Below, piece by piece: positions 26,101 through 34,952 of a stretch of DNA of 64,000 nt (its first letter is position 1; each line of letters begins with the position of its first letter). This DNA is from Candidatus Woesearchaeota archaeon (lineage in GTDB: Archaea > Nanobdellota > Nanobdellia > Woesearchaeales > JAAOYA01). The notes under the pieces were generated by a model. That model did not search any database, was not told the DNA's origin, and saw only the letters and a program-made list of their open reading frames with translations. The DNA is taken from contig JAAOYA010000008.1 in the NCBI GenBank assembly GCA_018221105.1, forward strand, positions 64,648 to 128,647. The letters are read 5' to 3'. The position numbers and the translations under genes are program-made.

Positions 26101-27171
26101 CTATCGTACAACGTCTATTCCAAGTTCTTGGCTTACAACAGTTGATTGCGGGCTGCCGCTTCTATTGTCAACTTTTCCAAGTATCCAAGGGCTTTTAACA
26201 CCAGTCACTATTGTCATGACAGTTAGTTTTCCTTTCATGTCTTCTGTCACGCGTGCTCCCCAAATGACTGTTGCGTCTTCGTCCATTGTCTCGGTTACTT
26301 GTTCTCCAACTTGGTTGATCTCTTCAAGTGTCAAGTCTGGCCCGCCGTGAACGTGAATAATCGCTCCTGTTGCGCCTTCGTAGTTGATGTCGAGTAGCGG
26401 GTTTGATAGTGCTCCGCGTACAGCTTCTTCTACTCTGTTGTTAGTGTCACTTGCTCCAACGCCAATTGATGCTACTCCACCACTGGTCATTATTGTTTTG
26501 ACGTCAGCATAGTCCAAGTTTACTAGGCTTGGCACTGCGATTGTTTCTACAATTCCTTTAATCATTGTAGAGATTAGTTCGTTTGCTACTGCGAATGCTT
26601 GTTGCACTGGCAGGTTTCCAGCAATTTGTACTAATCGATTGTTGTCAATTACTACTACTGTGTCTGAGACTTGTCGTAATTGTTGAAGTCCAAATTCTGC
26701 TTTGTCAATTCTTGCGCGTTCAATGTTAAATGGCATTGTTACTGTTCCAATAACTATTGCGCCCATTTCTTTTGCAACTTGTGCAATTACTGGTGCGGCT
26801 CCTGTTCCAGTGCCACCGCCCATTCCAGCACAGACAAATACCATGTCAGATGCTTTTAGCACTTCTTTTATTTGTCCCATGCTCTCTTGTGCTGCTTCGG
26901 CTCCTTTGTTTGGAAAACCGCCACAGCCCAGTCCTCTTGTCACGTCTTTTCCCAGCAAGAATTTTCTGTCAGCTTCTGTGATGTTTAAGTGTTGGCTATC
27001 AGTGTTTGTAGCTAGTATTTCTGCTCCTTTGATGCCTTTTTTGTAAAGCCAGTGTATCATGTTGCCACCAGCTCCGCCAACTCCTATTACCCTAATGTTG
27101 GCTTGTCCTACTTCGTAGGTCTCTGTTTCTTGTCCTTGTGCGTCAACCGCTTGTTTTACGATGAAATCCAT
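26101..27171 (-). CDS. ftsZ: Cell division protein FtsZ
   Basis: GVGGAGGN, GGGTGTG, NLDYAD. Confidence 0.97.
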   Translation of the reverse strand: MDFIVKQAVDAQGQETETYEVGQANIRVIGVGGAGGNMIHWLYKKGIKGAEILATNTDSQHLNITEADRKFLLGKDVTRGLGCGGFPNKGAEAAQESMGQIKEVLKASDMVFVCAGMGGGTGTGAAPVIAQVAKEMGAIVIGTVTMPFNIERARIDKAEFGLQQLRQVSDTVVVIDNNRLVQIAGNLPVQQAFAVANELISTMIKGIVETIAVPSLVNLDYADVKTIMTSGGVASIGVGASDTNNRVEEAVRGALSNPLLDINYEGATGAIIHVHGGPDLTLEEINQVGEQVTETMDEDATVIWGARVTEDMKGKLTVMTIVTGVKSPWILGKVDNRSGSPQSTVVSQELGIDVVR

Positions 27172-27490
27172 TTTTGTTCGTTCCCCCTTGATAGGTTATT
27201 TTGCAATCTAAAGGCAAGTATCGAAAACTTTATATAGTAGTTTGCGTACTACCTTCTATAGAAAAAACATTTTTCGCCAATATTAAATTCGTCAACTCGA
27301 GACAAGTTTTCGCCAAAAAACTTTTCTCAACAAATTCTTTTATTTTAAACACATTAGAGGTATTTAAACATTATCAAGTTCTAAAACATACTTTGCAGTA
27401 TACAAATTAGTATATCAATATCTGTCAACAATAAACAATTTAATAAACTTCTAACGACAAAGACATAATAATAATCCTCGAGGGGTATTT

Positions 27491-28879
27491 GTGGTAACAG
27501 TCAAAGGCAGCATTTACGAAGGTGTAGACGGTAGAATCTTAGGATTGGGAACTTATTTTAGAAGTGAACTGCCAGAAGAACTTAAAAAAATATTAACAAC
27601 TGTTGCACGATTAAAGTATAAAGTAACACGCCACGGCAAAACAGATTTATTATTAGTCAATCACGCAGAAGATCCTGAAGAGTTAATGCATGTTTTAGCA
27701 AACGGCAATGGCAATTACACAATTTTTAGACATGTTAGTGCAGGAGGCGATTTATTGCATGCAATGGCTAATAACATTAATTTTCTTCCAGAAGACCCAC
27801 AATACACTCCAGAATCAAAAATAATCGGGCAGCGAGAGTTAGATGACTTAATAGAAGCAGCGCTTCTTGATATAGGAAAGCACGCAATAAGAAAAAACAA
27901 ACCCAAAAACGCAAAACTTCCAACAAAACACCCAAAAAAAGTTCAGAGTACAAAAACTGCTAAGATTGGAGGACTTAACTATTTGACTGACGGCAAAGGA
28001 GCATTTCATGATGGCTGTCTTTTACGATTAAATCTTGATTTTTCAAACGTCTGCCTTGGAGGTTGCGATTATTGTTATGCGAAAAGACATAATCGTGGCA
28101 GACCATTTCAAGCAAAAAGCATTGACTCACAACTTCTTGATGAGGACCTAATAAATGGATTGCAAGTTGATTACAGTCAACAACCACCAGTTTATAATCC
28201 CGAACTAGACCCTCAAGACTTTGCAGCACTACGCCTTGGCAAGAGAACAGACCCAGGACATCAAAGAGTTCACAAACAATTAATGACCACTTTAGAAGTG
28301 TTGGCAGACCACTATAAAATTAGCACTATAATGCCGACAAAAATGCTGCCCTTTAACCCTGCAATTGCAAAGCTATTACAGCAAGCAAGAGTACACTTGG
28401 CTTATAGCATAAGCCCCTGGCAGCACTTAGAGCGTGGCGCGGTCAGCGAAGGCTTTGACACTAAAACAAGATTAGAGCTTGCAAGAGACTACCAACAAGC
28501 AGGAGTCAACACTTCACTAAAAGTAATCGCCGACATCACAACAGAGCCCGATAATCTAACAAAAAAAAGAATTAGTGAAGCAATAAAAGACGGCCTGCCA
28601 ATACAATTAATACCAATAAGACCACAAAACAAAGCAATGACACCAGAACTATTAGGAGGACATCACTGGGAAGACTTCAAAGGCGATCATTCAACAATAG
28701 AACTTTTCGAAAATTTAAACCATCAAAGCGGAGACTACGCATTCTTTAACAATAAACCACTACCAACAACAATACACCCCTACTGGCAAGAAAACAAAAT
28801 AACAATATGCGGAGAACTAGTAAGTGCTAACGGCACAAAAATAACAAAAAGTTATTGCGACGATTGCAACCTAAAATGA
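27491..28879 (+). CDS. Radical SAM protein, SPL (spore photoproduct lyase)-like
   Basis: CLGGCDYCYA (CxxxCxxC), TDP, TK, YSI, R+..A motifs; extra C-terminal C...CxxC. Confidence 0.8.
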   Translation: MVTVKGSIYEGVDGRILGLGTYFRSELPEELKKILTTVARLKYKVTRHGKTDLLLVNHAEDPEELMHVLANGNGNYTIFRHVSAGGDLLHAMANNINFLPEDPQYTPESKIIGQRELDDLIEAALLDIGKHAIRKNKPKNAKLPTKHPKKVQSTKTAKIGGLNYLTDGKGAFHDGCLLRLNLDFSNVCLGGCDYCYAKRHNRGRPFQAKSIDSQLLDEDLINGLQVDYSQQPPVYNPELDPQDFAALRLGKRTDPGHQRVHKQLMTTLEVLADHYKISTIMPTKMLPFNPAIAKLLQQARVHLAYSISPWQHLERGAVSEGFDTKTRLELARDYQQAGVNTSLKVIADITTEPDNLTKKRISEAIKDGLPIQLIPIRPQNKAMTPELLGGHHWEDFKGDHSTIELFENLNHQSGDYAFFNNKPLPTTIHPYWQENKITICGELVSANGTKITKSYCDDCNLK

Positions 28880-30783
28880 TGCAAGAAGTAGCTCAAGGAG
28901 GATTAGAAAAAACCATTGCCACTAGTTATTCTAACATTGTTAACAGAGAATACAACATTGAATGGGCATCTATAGATAAAATAAAGCCTGATCTTGAACA
29001 ACCAAGACAACACTTAAACGAGATATCGCTTGAAGAATTAGCTCAAAGCATTGAAGCTGAAGGCCTAATAGTCCCACCAGTTGCCCAAAAAATGCCTGAT
29101 GGCACATTTGAATTAATTGTTGGTCACAGAAGATATTTTGCTTGTTTGATGAATGGTTACAATGAAATACCAATAAGAGTGGTTGAAGACATTACTGATT
29201 TAGAACGTATAGAAATACAAATACATGAAGACTCGCAAAAGCCTTTCAAGTCCTGGAAAGTAGCAGAGAACATTGTTGATTTTTTAAGATTAGCACAACA
29301 AGAAGACCCTTCTATAACACAAGAAGACGTGGCACTACATTTTGGTTATGGAAGAACATCGGTTGAAAGAGCAGTAAGATACGTTGATAAAGTAACACAA
29401 GGAGTTAAAAATCTTGTAATAGATGGAAAAATTGGTTATAAAGTTGCAGCCGATAACATCTACAAAATTCCTAGCAATCAAGACCAGTACAGGGCAGCAT
29501 TAAAAATTGCTAAAAAAGAAATAAAGCCAGAGTTAGAAGTGCAAAAACATTTACCAGAAGAAAAAAGTAAGTCCGCAGGAGATTTAGAATTAACAATTCA
29601 AACAGAAGAAGGACTAAAAGCACAAGAAGAAACTCAAAGAGTTAAAAAAGTCACGCAAGCATTAGACACTACAGTGCAAAGACTTGCAACACTACTCGCT
29701 CTTAGCAATATTAAAGATGTAACATGGGATACCATAACATCGTGTAAAGATCATTATTCAGGAGAAAGTTTAGAAGATACTATCAATAAGTTTGAAGTTT
29801 ACGTACAAGAATTGAGCGATAAATTTGAAAGCGAACCAGAAAAACTGCTTGCTCGCCAAGAACTCATACGAAAAAGAGCTCGCGTTGGAGCTCCAATAAC
29901 AGAAGTGTACAATAATGCATTAGAAAAACATGCAAAAACAAAACAAAAAACAAAAAGACCAGATTGTTTGTATGATACACTAGTAGAAAACATTCAATTA
30001 AAATTAATCGATGAAGACCCACAAAACGCTAGGGGTAATGAAACAATAACAGAAGAAAACGTTAAAGAACTCGCAAAATCAATAAAGTCAATCGGGATAA
30101 TCAATCCTTTACTATTAGAAAAAGAAGGTAAGCGCTACAATGTTGTCTTTGGACATATTAGAAGACTGGGGGCAAAAGAAGCTAAAGAAAAAACAGTTCC
30201 CGCTATAGTTGTCAATAACCTAACACGTCAGCAAAAACTTGCACTTCAAATGACAGAAGCTTCACAAAAAGCTTTTTCAGCAGAAGACAGGGCCACAGCA
30301 CACTACAAATATTATAATAGACTAAAAGAAGCTGGAGTTATTAGCTCTATTGAAGACTTTGCTCAAAGGATAGGTGTTAACGAACAAATTGCAGTTGATG
30401 CAGTACGATACAACGAACAAGTCACACAGCAAGTAAAAAAACTAGTACATTATAATGTATTGAACTATACAACCGCTTTAACACTAGCACAATTATCAGA
30501 AGAAAGACAAAACGAATTATCAGTTGAAATAGCCATAAAAAATCAAGGCTTAACAGAAACAAGAAGACTAATAAAACAAAAAAAACAATCAGAACTTTTT
30601 CCTGATGAAGTAAAAGGAATAGGAGTAGTAGTAAGTAAGCAATTAATGCAAGCAATGGAAGAATTCAACATTGCTTACGAAGAATTAAGAATGCAAGAAA
30701 ATGATTTTCATAAAAAAGCATTAAAACAAATAGCAGGACTAACAAACCAATTTGAAGAATTAAAAAAACTAAAAGCAGCATGA
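28876..30783 (+). CDS. Tandem double ParB/Spo0J-like protein (two ParB-N + HTH modules)
   Basis: QPR...L.ELAQSI...G...LIVGHRR and NAR...ELAKSI..IG.INP...VFGHIRR, each followed by an HTH; ATGA-coupled to the radical SAM gene. Confidence 0.88.
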   Translation: MMQEVAQGGLEKTIATSYSNIVNREYNIEWASIDKIKPDLEQPRQHLNEISLEELAQSIEAEGLIVPPVAQKMPDGTFELIVGHRRYFACLMNGYNEIPIRVVEDITDLERIEIQIHEDSQKPFKSWKVAENIVDFLRLAQQEDPSITQEDVALHFGYGRTSVERAVRYVDKVTQGVKNLVIDGKIGYKVAADNIYKIPSNQDQYRAALKIAKKEIKPELEVQKHLPEEKSKSAGDLELTIQTEEGLKAQEETQRVKKVTQALDTTVQRLATLLALSNIKDVTWDTITSCKDHYSGESLEDTINKFEVYVQELSDKFESEPEKLLARQELIRKRARVGAPITEVYNNALEKHAKTKQKTKRPDCLYDTLVENIQLKLIDEDPQNARGNETITEENVKELAKSIKSIGIINPLLLEKEGKRYNVVFGHIRRLGAKEAKEKTVPAIVVNNLTRQQKLALQMTEASQKAFSAEDRATAHYKYYNRLKEAGVISSIEDFAQRIGVNEQIAVDAVRYNEQVTQQVKKLVHYNVLNYTTALTLAQLSEERQNELSVEIAIKNQGLTETRRLIKQKKQSELFPDEVKGIGVVVSKQLMQAMEEFNIAYEELRMQENDFHKKALKQIAGLTNQFEELKKLKAA

Positions 30784-30787
30784 TAAT

Positions 30788-31753
30788 ATGAGTTCACAAC
30801 CATCAATAACCATCGATTACGAGCGAGCCACTGAAGCACTAGGATTAATTTGGCAAGCCTATGATAAAAAACAAGGTTTGTTTTCAGAACCTAAATTATT
30901 TCCACAATTAATCAGACCAAAAGGTTTAGAAGATGATGACGAGCGTTTTGCAACATACCAATTCTTTGTCAACAGTCAAGACCGCCGCCACGAAGCCAAC
31001 ATGTTATGGGGCAAAGCCAGAAAACTAACAGAAAAACAATTAGAAGAAAATGGAAAATTCATTTTTGACCCTGGACTGATTAATGCATTAAGTCTTAATA
31101 CAGTGCGTGAAACAATTGCCGACCCAATGGCTTTAAGCATGAATGGACGAGTTCAAGAACTACAAGATATAGCAACAATACTAACAACAGAATATGATGG
31201 AAGTCCATTGAACATTTTTGACGGTGTTGAACATTTTGATGAGGCAGTTAAGCGTATCAAAAGATTTCCTGGCTACGGTGAACACTTAGCGCCACAAATT
31301 ATTTGTTATTTTTCACAGCAAGGCTTTATTGAAAAACTGGAAGGCGGATATCCAAAAATTGACATTCATAAAAGCCGCATACCAATATCACTAGATTTAT
31401 TTCAAACTGGCCCTTTAGTTAATCGATTAAATGTTGAAAGAGCAGCACTAGAATTATATCAATGGTTTGCACAAGAACAAAGCATTTCTGTTTTCGAACT
31501 AACAGAAGCAGTTTGGGCTTTAGGCGCTTACGTTTGCTCTCCAAACCTTAAAAGAAAAAAAACAGCCAGTATTGGCTGTCAAAATTTGTGCCCTGCAAAA
31601 GAGTATTGCACTAGTCTGCCACCACCACCAAAAAAACAAGATTATCCGCATAAAAAAGCTACAGGCAGATATTTTCACAGAATTGATAAAAGAGACAAAC
31701 AATTAGCACTACCTCTTGGAGGCTTAGAAGCAAAACTTAATAATAGCAAATAA
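30788..31753 (+). CDS. HhH-GPD superfamily DNA glycosylase-like protein with Fe-S cluster motif
   Basis: HhH IKRFPGYGEHLA, IDIH (EndoIII VDTH equivalent), W.LG...C-x13-C-x3-CP-x4-C. Confidence 0.75.
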   Translation: MSSQPSITIDYERATEALGLIWQAYDKKQGLFSEPKLFPQLIRPKGLEDDDERFATYQFFVNSQDRRHEANMLWGKARKLTEKQLEENGKFIFDPGLINALSLNTVRETIADPMALSMNGRVQELQDIATILTTEYDGSPLNIFDGVEHFDEAVKRIKRFPGYGEHLAPQIICYFSQQGFIEKLEGGYPKIDIHKSRIPISLDLFQTGPLVNRLNVERAALELYQWFAQEQSISVFELTEAVWALGAYVCSPNLKRKKTASIGCQNLCPAKEYCTSLPPPPKKQDYPHKKATGRYFHRIDKRDKQLALPLGGLEAKLNNSK

Positions 31754-31765
31754 TTCTCTCAAACC

Positions 31766-32530
31766 ATGACATTGTACATGATAGGAATAGGGCTTGGTGA
31801 CGAAAAAGGCATCACATTGCGAGGATTAGAAGCAATCAAGAGTTGCAATACTGTTTTTTTAGAAGATTACACTAGCAAACTAACAACCAGCAAAGAAACA
31901 CTAGAACAACTCTACAAAAAAGAAATCGTTTTAGCAGATCGTGAACTAGTAGAAAAAAACGCACAAGAAATATTAGAAAACGCAAAAACATCTAACGTGG
32001 CATTTTTAGTTGTTGGAGACGTTTTCGGAGCAACAACACACACAGACTTATACCTAAGAGCAAAAAAAGAAAACATCAAAGTAGAAATCGTTCATAATAC
32101 TTCAATAATCAATGCAGTATCAAGCACTGGTTTAGAATTATACAAGTTTGGAAAAACTACAAGCCTACCATACTGGGCTGACTCCTACAAACCAACAAGC
32201 ACCTATGACGACATACAAAAAAATCAGTCAATTAACCTTCACACTTTAGTGCTTTTAGATATTAAAGCCGATGAGAACAAATACATGACAGTAAACCAAG
32301 CAATAGAATTATTGTTAAAAATTGAAGATAAAAAACAACAAAAAATATTCACAACTGAAACTTTAATCATTGGTTGCGCTCGACTAAGCGCAAATGATCA
32401 AAAAATAGTTTTTGGCAGTGTTAAACAATTGTTAAACATTGATTTTGGAGCGCCATTGCACTCTTTGATAATTCCTTCTAAACTGCATTTTATTGAAGAA
32501 GAAATGATTGAGCAACACAAAATTTCTTAA
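31766..32530 (+). CDS. dph5: Diphthine synthase
   Basis: LYMIGIGL, E.YTS, GD.FGATTH, LYKFGKT, LHTL.LLD, PLHSLI. Confidence 0.96.
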   Translation: MTLYMIGIGLGDEKGITLRGLEAIKSCNTVFLEDYTSKLTTSKETLEQLYKKEIVLADRELVEKNAQEILENAKTSNVAFLVVGDVFGATTHTDLYLRAKKENIKVEIVHNTSIINAVSSTGLELYKFGKTTSLPYWADSYKPTSTYDDIQKNQSINLHTLVLLDIKADENKYMTVNQAIELLLKIEDKKQQKIFTTETLIIGCARLSANDQKIVFGSVKQLLNIDFGAPLHSLIIPSKLHFIEEEMIEQHKIS

Positions 32531-32534
32531 AAGT

Positions 32535-32558
32535 GGTATATACAAAAATTTATATACC
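32535..32558. promoter_or_regulatory. Palindromic operator-like site overlapping the TATA box of the glycosyltransferase gene
   Basis: GGTATATA-N8-TATATACC. Confidence 0.45.
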
Positions 32559-32616
32559 AGTACCTACCATAATAATATAGGGATTTTTAGTAAAAACAGT
32601 GGGTAGTTGATAGCGA

Positions 32617-33837
32617 GTGGACAAGAAAAAACTAAGCCCGGAAACCAGAACCGGGGGGTGTGACCTAATAGTAGGAATACCCAGCTATAACGAAGCAGAT
32701 TCTATATCATACGTTGTAAAACAAGTTGATGCTGGAATAACAAAATATTTTCCAACATTAAAAGCGTTAATTGTCAACGTTGACAATGACAGTCCGGACA
32801 ATACAAAAAAAGCATTCTTGGAAACTATTACAAAAACTCCAAAACATTATATTAGCACTCCGCCAAAAACTAAAGGCAAAGGAAGAAACTTTCACAATCT
32901 TTTTTTATTAGCACAACAATTAAACCCTCAAGCAACCGTGGTGGTTGACGCAGACCTAAAAAGCATCACGCCAGAATGGGTTTTACACCTTGCAGGACAA
33001 GTAATGAACGGTCATGATTTTATCAGCCCATTATACTTACGTCACAAGTATGATGGAACAATCACCAATCAATTAGTTTATCCTTTAGTGTTCAGTCTAA
33101 TAGGCAAAAACATCCGCCAACCAATAGGCGGGGACTTCGCCTTCTCAACTCGCTTGGCAAGCCATTGGCTAGAACAAGATTGGAAAGAAAGCACTCACCA
33201 ATTTGGAATTGACAATTTTATGACATTGCACGCTCTAATGGGAGATTTTAGTGTATGCCAGACAGGACTAGGAGTAAAAGATCATAAACCTTCAGCTCCA
33301 AAACTAGGTTATATGTTTGTAGAAGTTATTGACACACTTTTTGAAAACTTACTACAAAACAATCATTTATTCGAACAAAAAGATCAAACACTCGAAGTGC
33401 CAAAGAGCGGTTTGAAAGAAATGGGCACTCCAAAAAAACTAACATTAGAAGATATAGGCATAGACCTTAATGTAATGATTAAAAACACCATTGAATTATT
33501 CGAAGAGTACAAACCACTAATTTACAACATTTTAGACGAGAAAACCTATCAAAGCATCGAACAAATGCTTCAAAACAACAATATCAACATTGACAGCAAA
33601 CAATGGGCCAAAATCATTTATGATTTCATGATAGCATTCCATAATAACCCAAAACAAAAACTAGAAATCGTAGAATGCTTAAAACCGCTATATTTTGCCC
33701 GCAACATCTCGTTTATCAAACAAACAATAAACCACTCCTGTCAAGAAGCAGAACAATTAATACTAAAACAAGCACAAACTTTCAGAGAACTAAAACCATA
33801 CTTATTAAAAAAACTTGGAGTGAAAATACTACACTAA
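32617..33837 (+). CDS. GT-A glycosyltransferase, glucosylglycerate/mannosylglycerate synthase-like
   Basis: VGIPSYNEA, DNDSPD, GKG, VDADLKSI, RHKYDGTIT, RQPIGGDF, FGID. Confidence 0.85.
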   Translation: MDKKKLSPETRTGGCDLIVGIPSYNEADSISYVVKQVDAGITKYFPTLKALIVNVDNDSPDNTKKAFLETITKTPKHYISTPPKTKGKGRNFHNLFLLAQQLNPQATVVVDADLKSITPEWVLHLAGQVMNGHDFISPLYLRHKYDGTITNQLVYPLVFSLIGKNIRQPIGGDFAFSTRLASHWLEQDWKESTHQFGIDNFMTLHALMGDFSVCQTGLGVKDHKPSAPKLGYMFVEVIDTLFENLLQNNHLFEQKDQTLEVPKSGLKEMGTPKKLTLEDIGIDLNVMIKNTIELFEEYKPLIYNILDEKTYQSIEQMLQNNNINIDSKQWAKIIYDFMIAFHNNPKQKLEIVECLKPLYFARNISFIKQTINHSCQEAEQLILKQAQTFRELKPYLLKKLGVKILH

Positions 33838-33852
33838 AACAAGTTCTAAATC

Positions 33853-33868
33853 CACTGGTCACTGGACA
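33853..33868 (+). repeat. 16-bp promoter-proximal motif, copy 1
   Basis: CACTGGTCACTGGACA, identical at 42877-42892; TATA box follows. Confidence 0.7.
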
Positions 33869-33912
33869 TTTGTGCACGAGAAGTATATAAACAACTATAA
33901 CTTAACAAGTTT

Positions 33913-34590
33913 ATGAAGTATGATAAAAGACTTGCAGAGTTATTAGGAATTATTTTAGGCGATGGCAATTTACACAAGACTAATAATTGTGTCACTATCG
34001 TTGGCAGCTTAGAGGATAAGCAGTATTATGAAACATATGTTATTCCATTAATAAAATCAGTATTTAATGTTAAACCTGCACTAAGAAAGCGAAATGATAG
34101 AAATGCTTATTACATTGATTTTAACTGTAAAAAAACAATTATTTATTTGACGGAAAAAGCAGGTTTAATTAGAGGTAATAAAGTTAACGCAAAAATCCCA
34201 AAACTAATTACTAATAATAAAAAATTAATCTCTCCTTTTCTAAGAGGACTATTTGATACTGATGGTTGCTTAAAATTTTCAAAACAGTCAAAAAACAAAA
34301 ATTATTATCCTAGAATCCAATATTGTTTTAGAGATACAAATTTTTCTAACAGTATTAAAGACTTAATAGAAAAACTAGATTTTAAAGTAGGAATTTGGAA
34401 AGAAAAAAGGTTTAACGGACTCATATACTATCAAATAAGCGGAAAAGAAAATCTAGAAAAGTGGATAGAACTTGTTGGAATGAATAATCCTGTTCATAAA
34501 ACTAAATATTTATTCTGGAAAAAATATGGATATTACATACCAAAATCTTCTTTAAATTATCGACAGAAAGCATTAAATTTAAATATATAA
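33913..34590 (+). CDS. Free-standing two-motif LAGLIDADG endonuclease
   Basis: LAELLGIILGDG and FLRGLFDTDG; own start and stop, no intein splicing motifs. Confidence 0.92.
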   Translation: MKYDKRLAELLGIILGDGNLHKTNNCVTIVGSLEDKQYYETYVIPLIKSVFNVKPALRKRNDRNAYYIDFNCKKTIIYLTEKAGLIRGNKVNAKIPKLITNNKKLISPFLRGLFDTDGCLKFSKQSKNKNYYPRIQYCFRDTNFSNSIKDLIEKLDFKVGIWKEKRFNGLIYYQISGKENLEKWIELVGMNNPVHKTKYLFWKKYGYYIPKSSLNYRQKALNLNI

Positions 34591-34632
34591 GCCAAATCTT
34601 GAACCTCAGTCTCTACGGATTCGAACTTTTAT

Positions 34633-34783
34633 AGCCCCGTGGAAGAATAAACAGGTAATGCTGTTATTCTGCGGAGTGTAGTGGCCAATCATCGTGCCCT
34701 TTGGAGGCAACGAAAATCAGAGATTTTCTGGTCTTTCTCGCCATAGAAAGGCATGGACCGCGGTTCGAATCCGCGCGGGGCTA
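34633..34783 (+). tRNA. tRNA-Gln(TTG) with two introns: 10/11 (34643-34676) and 37/38 (34705-34748)
   Basis: AGCCCCG/CGGGGCT acceptor, GTGCC-CT-TTG-G^A-GGCAT anticodon arm, GGTTCGAATCC; BHB-like junctions at both inserts. Confidence 0.9.
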
Positions 34784-34952
34784 CTTTAACGTAAAAACAC
34801 TGTTTGTAGAGAACATAAATACAACAGAAACTACTTCACTATAAAACAAATATAAACTCTTCCTCGTCAATAATATTTTGAAGGAAAGTTTTTTAAAGCA
34901 TTACTTTCGGAATAGTATTCAAGGTGAAAAAAACACACAGGGTTGTGCGTAC

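Noticed and set aside
25933-26350. Plus-strand ORFs of 70 and 86 aa
   Set aside because: Overlap the hairpin element and the antisense strand of ftsZ; no motifs or RBS
28876-30783. Ordinary parABS partition locus
   Set aside because: No adjacent ParA or clear parS palindrome; duplicated architecture and enzymatic neighbours
33913-34590. LAGLIDADG as an intein or encoded inside a tRNA/rRNA intron
   Set aside because: Own start, stop and promoter; no splicing motifs; the tRNA is complete downstream and no 5' exon was found upstream
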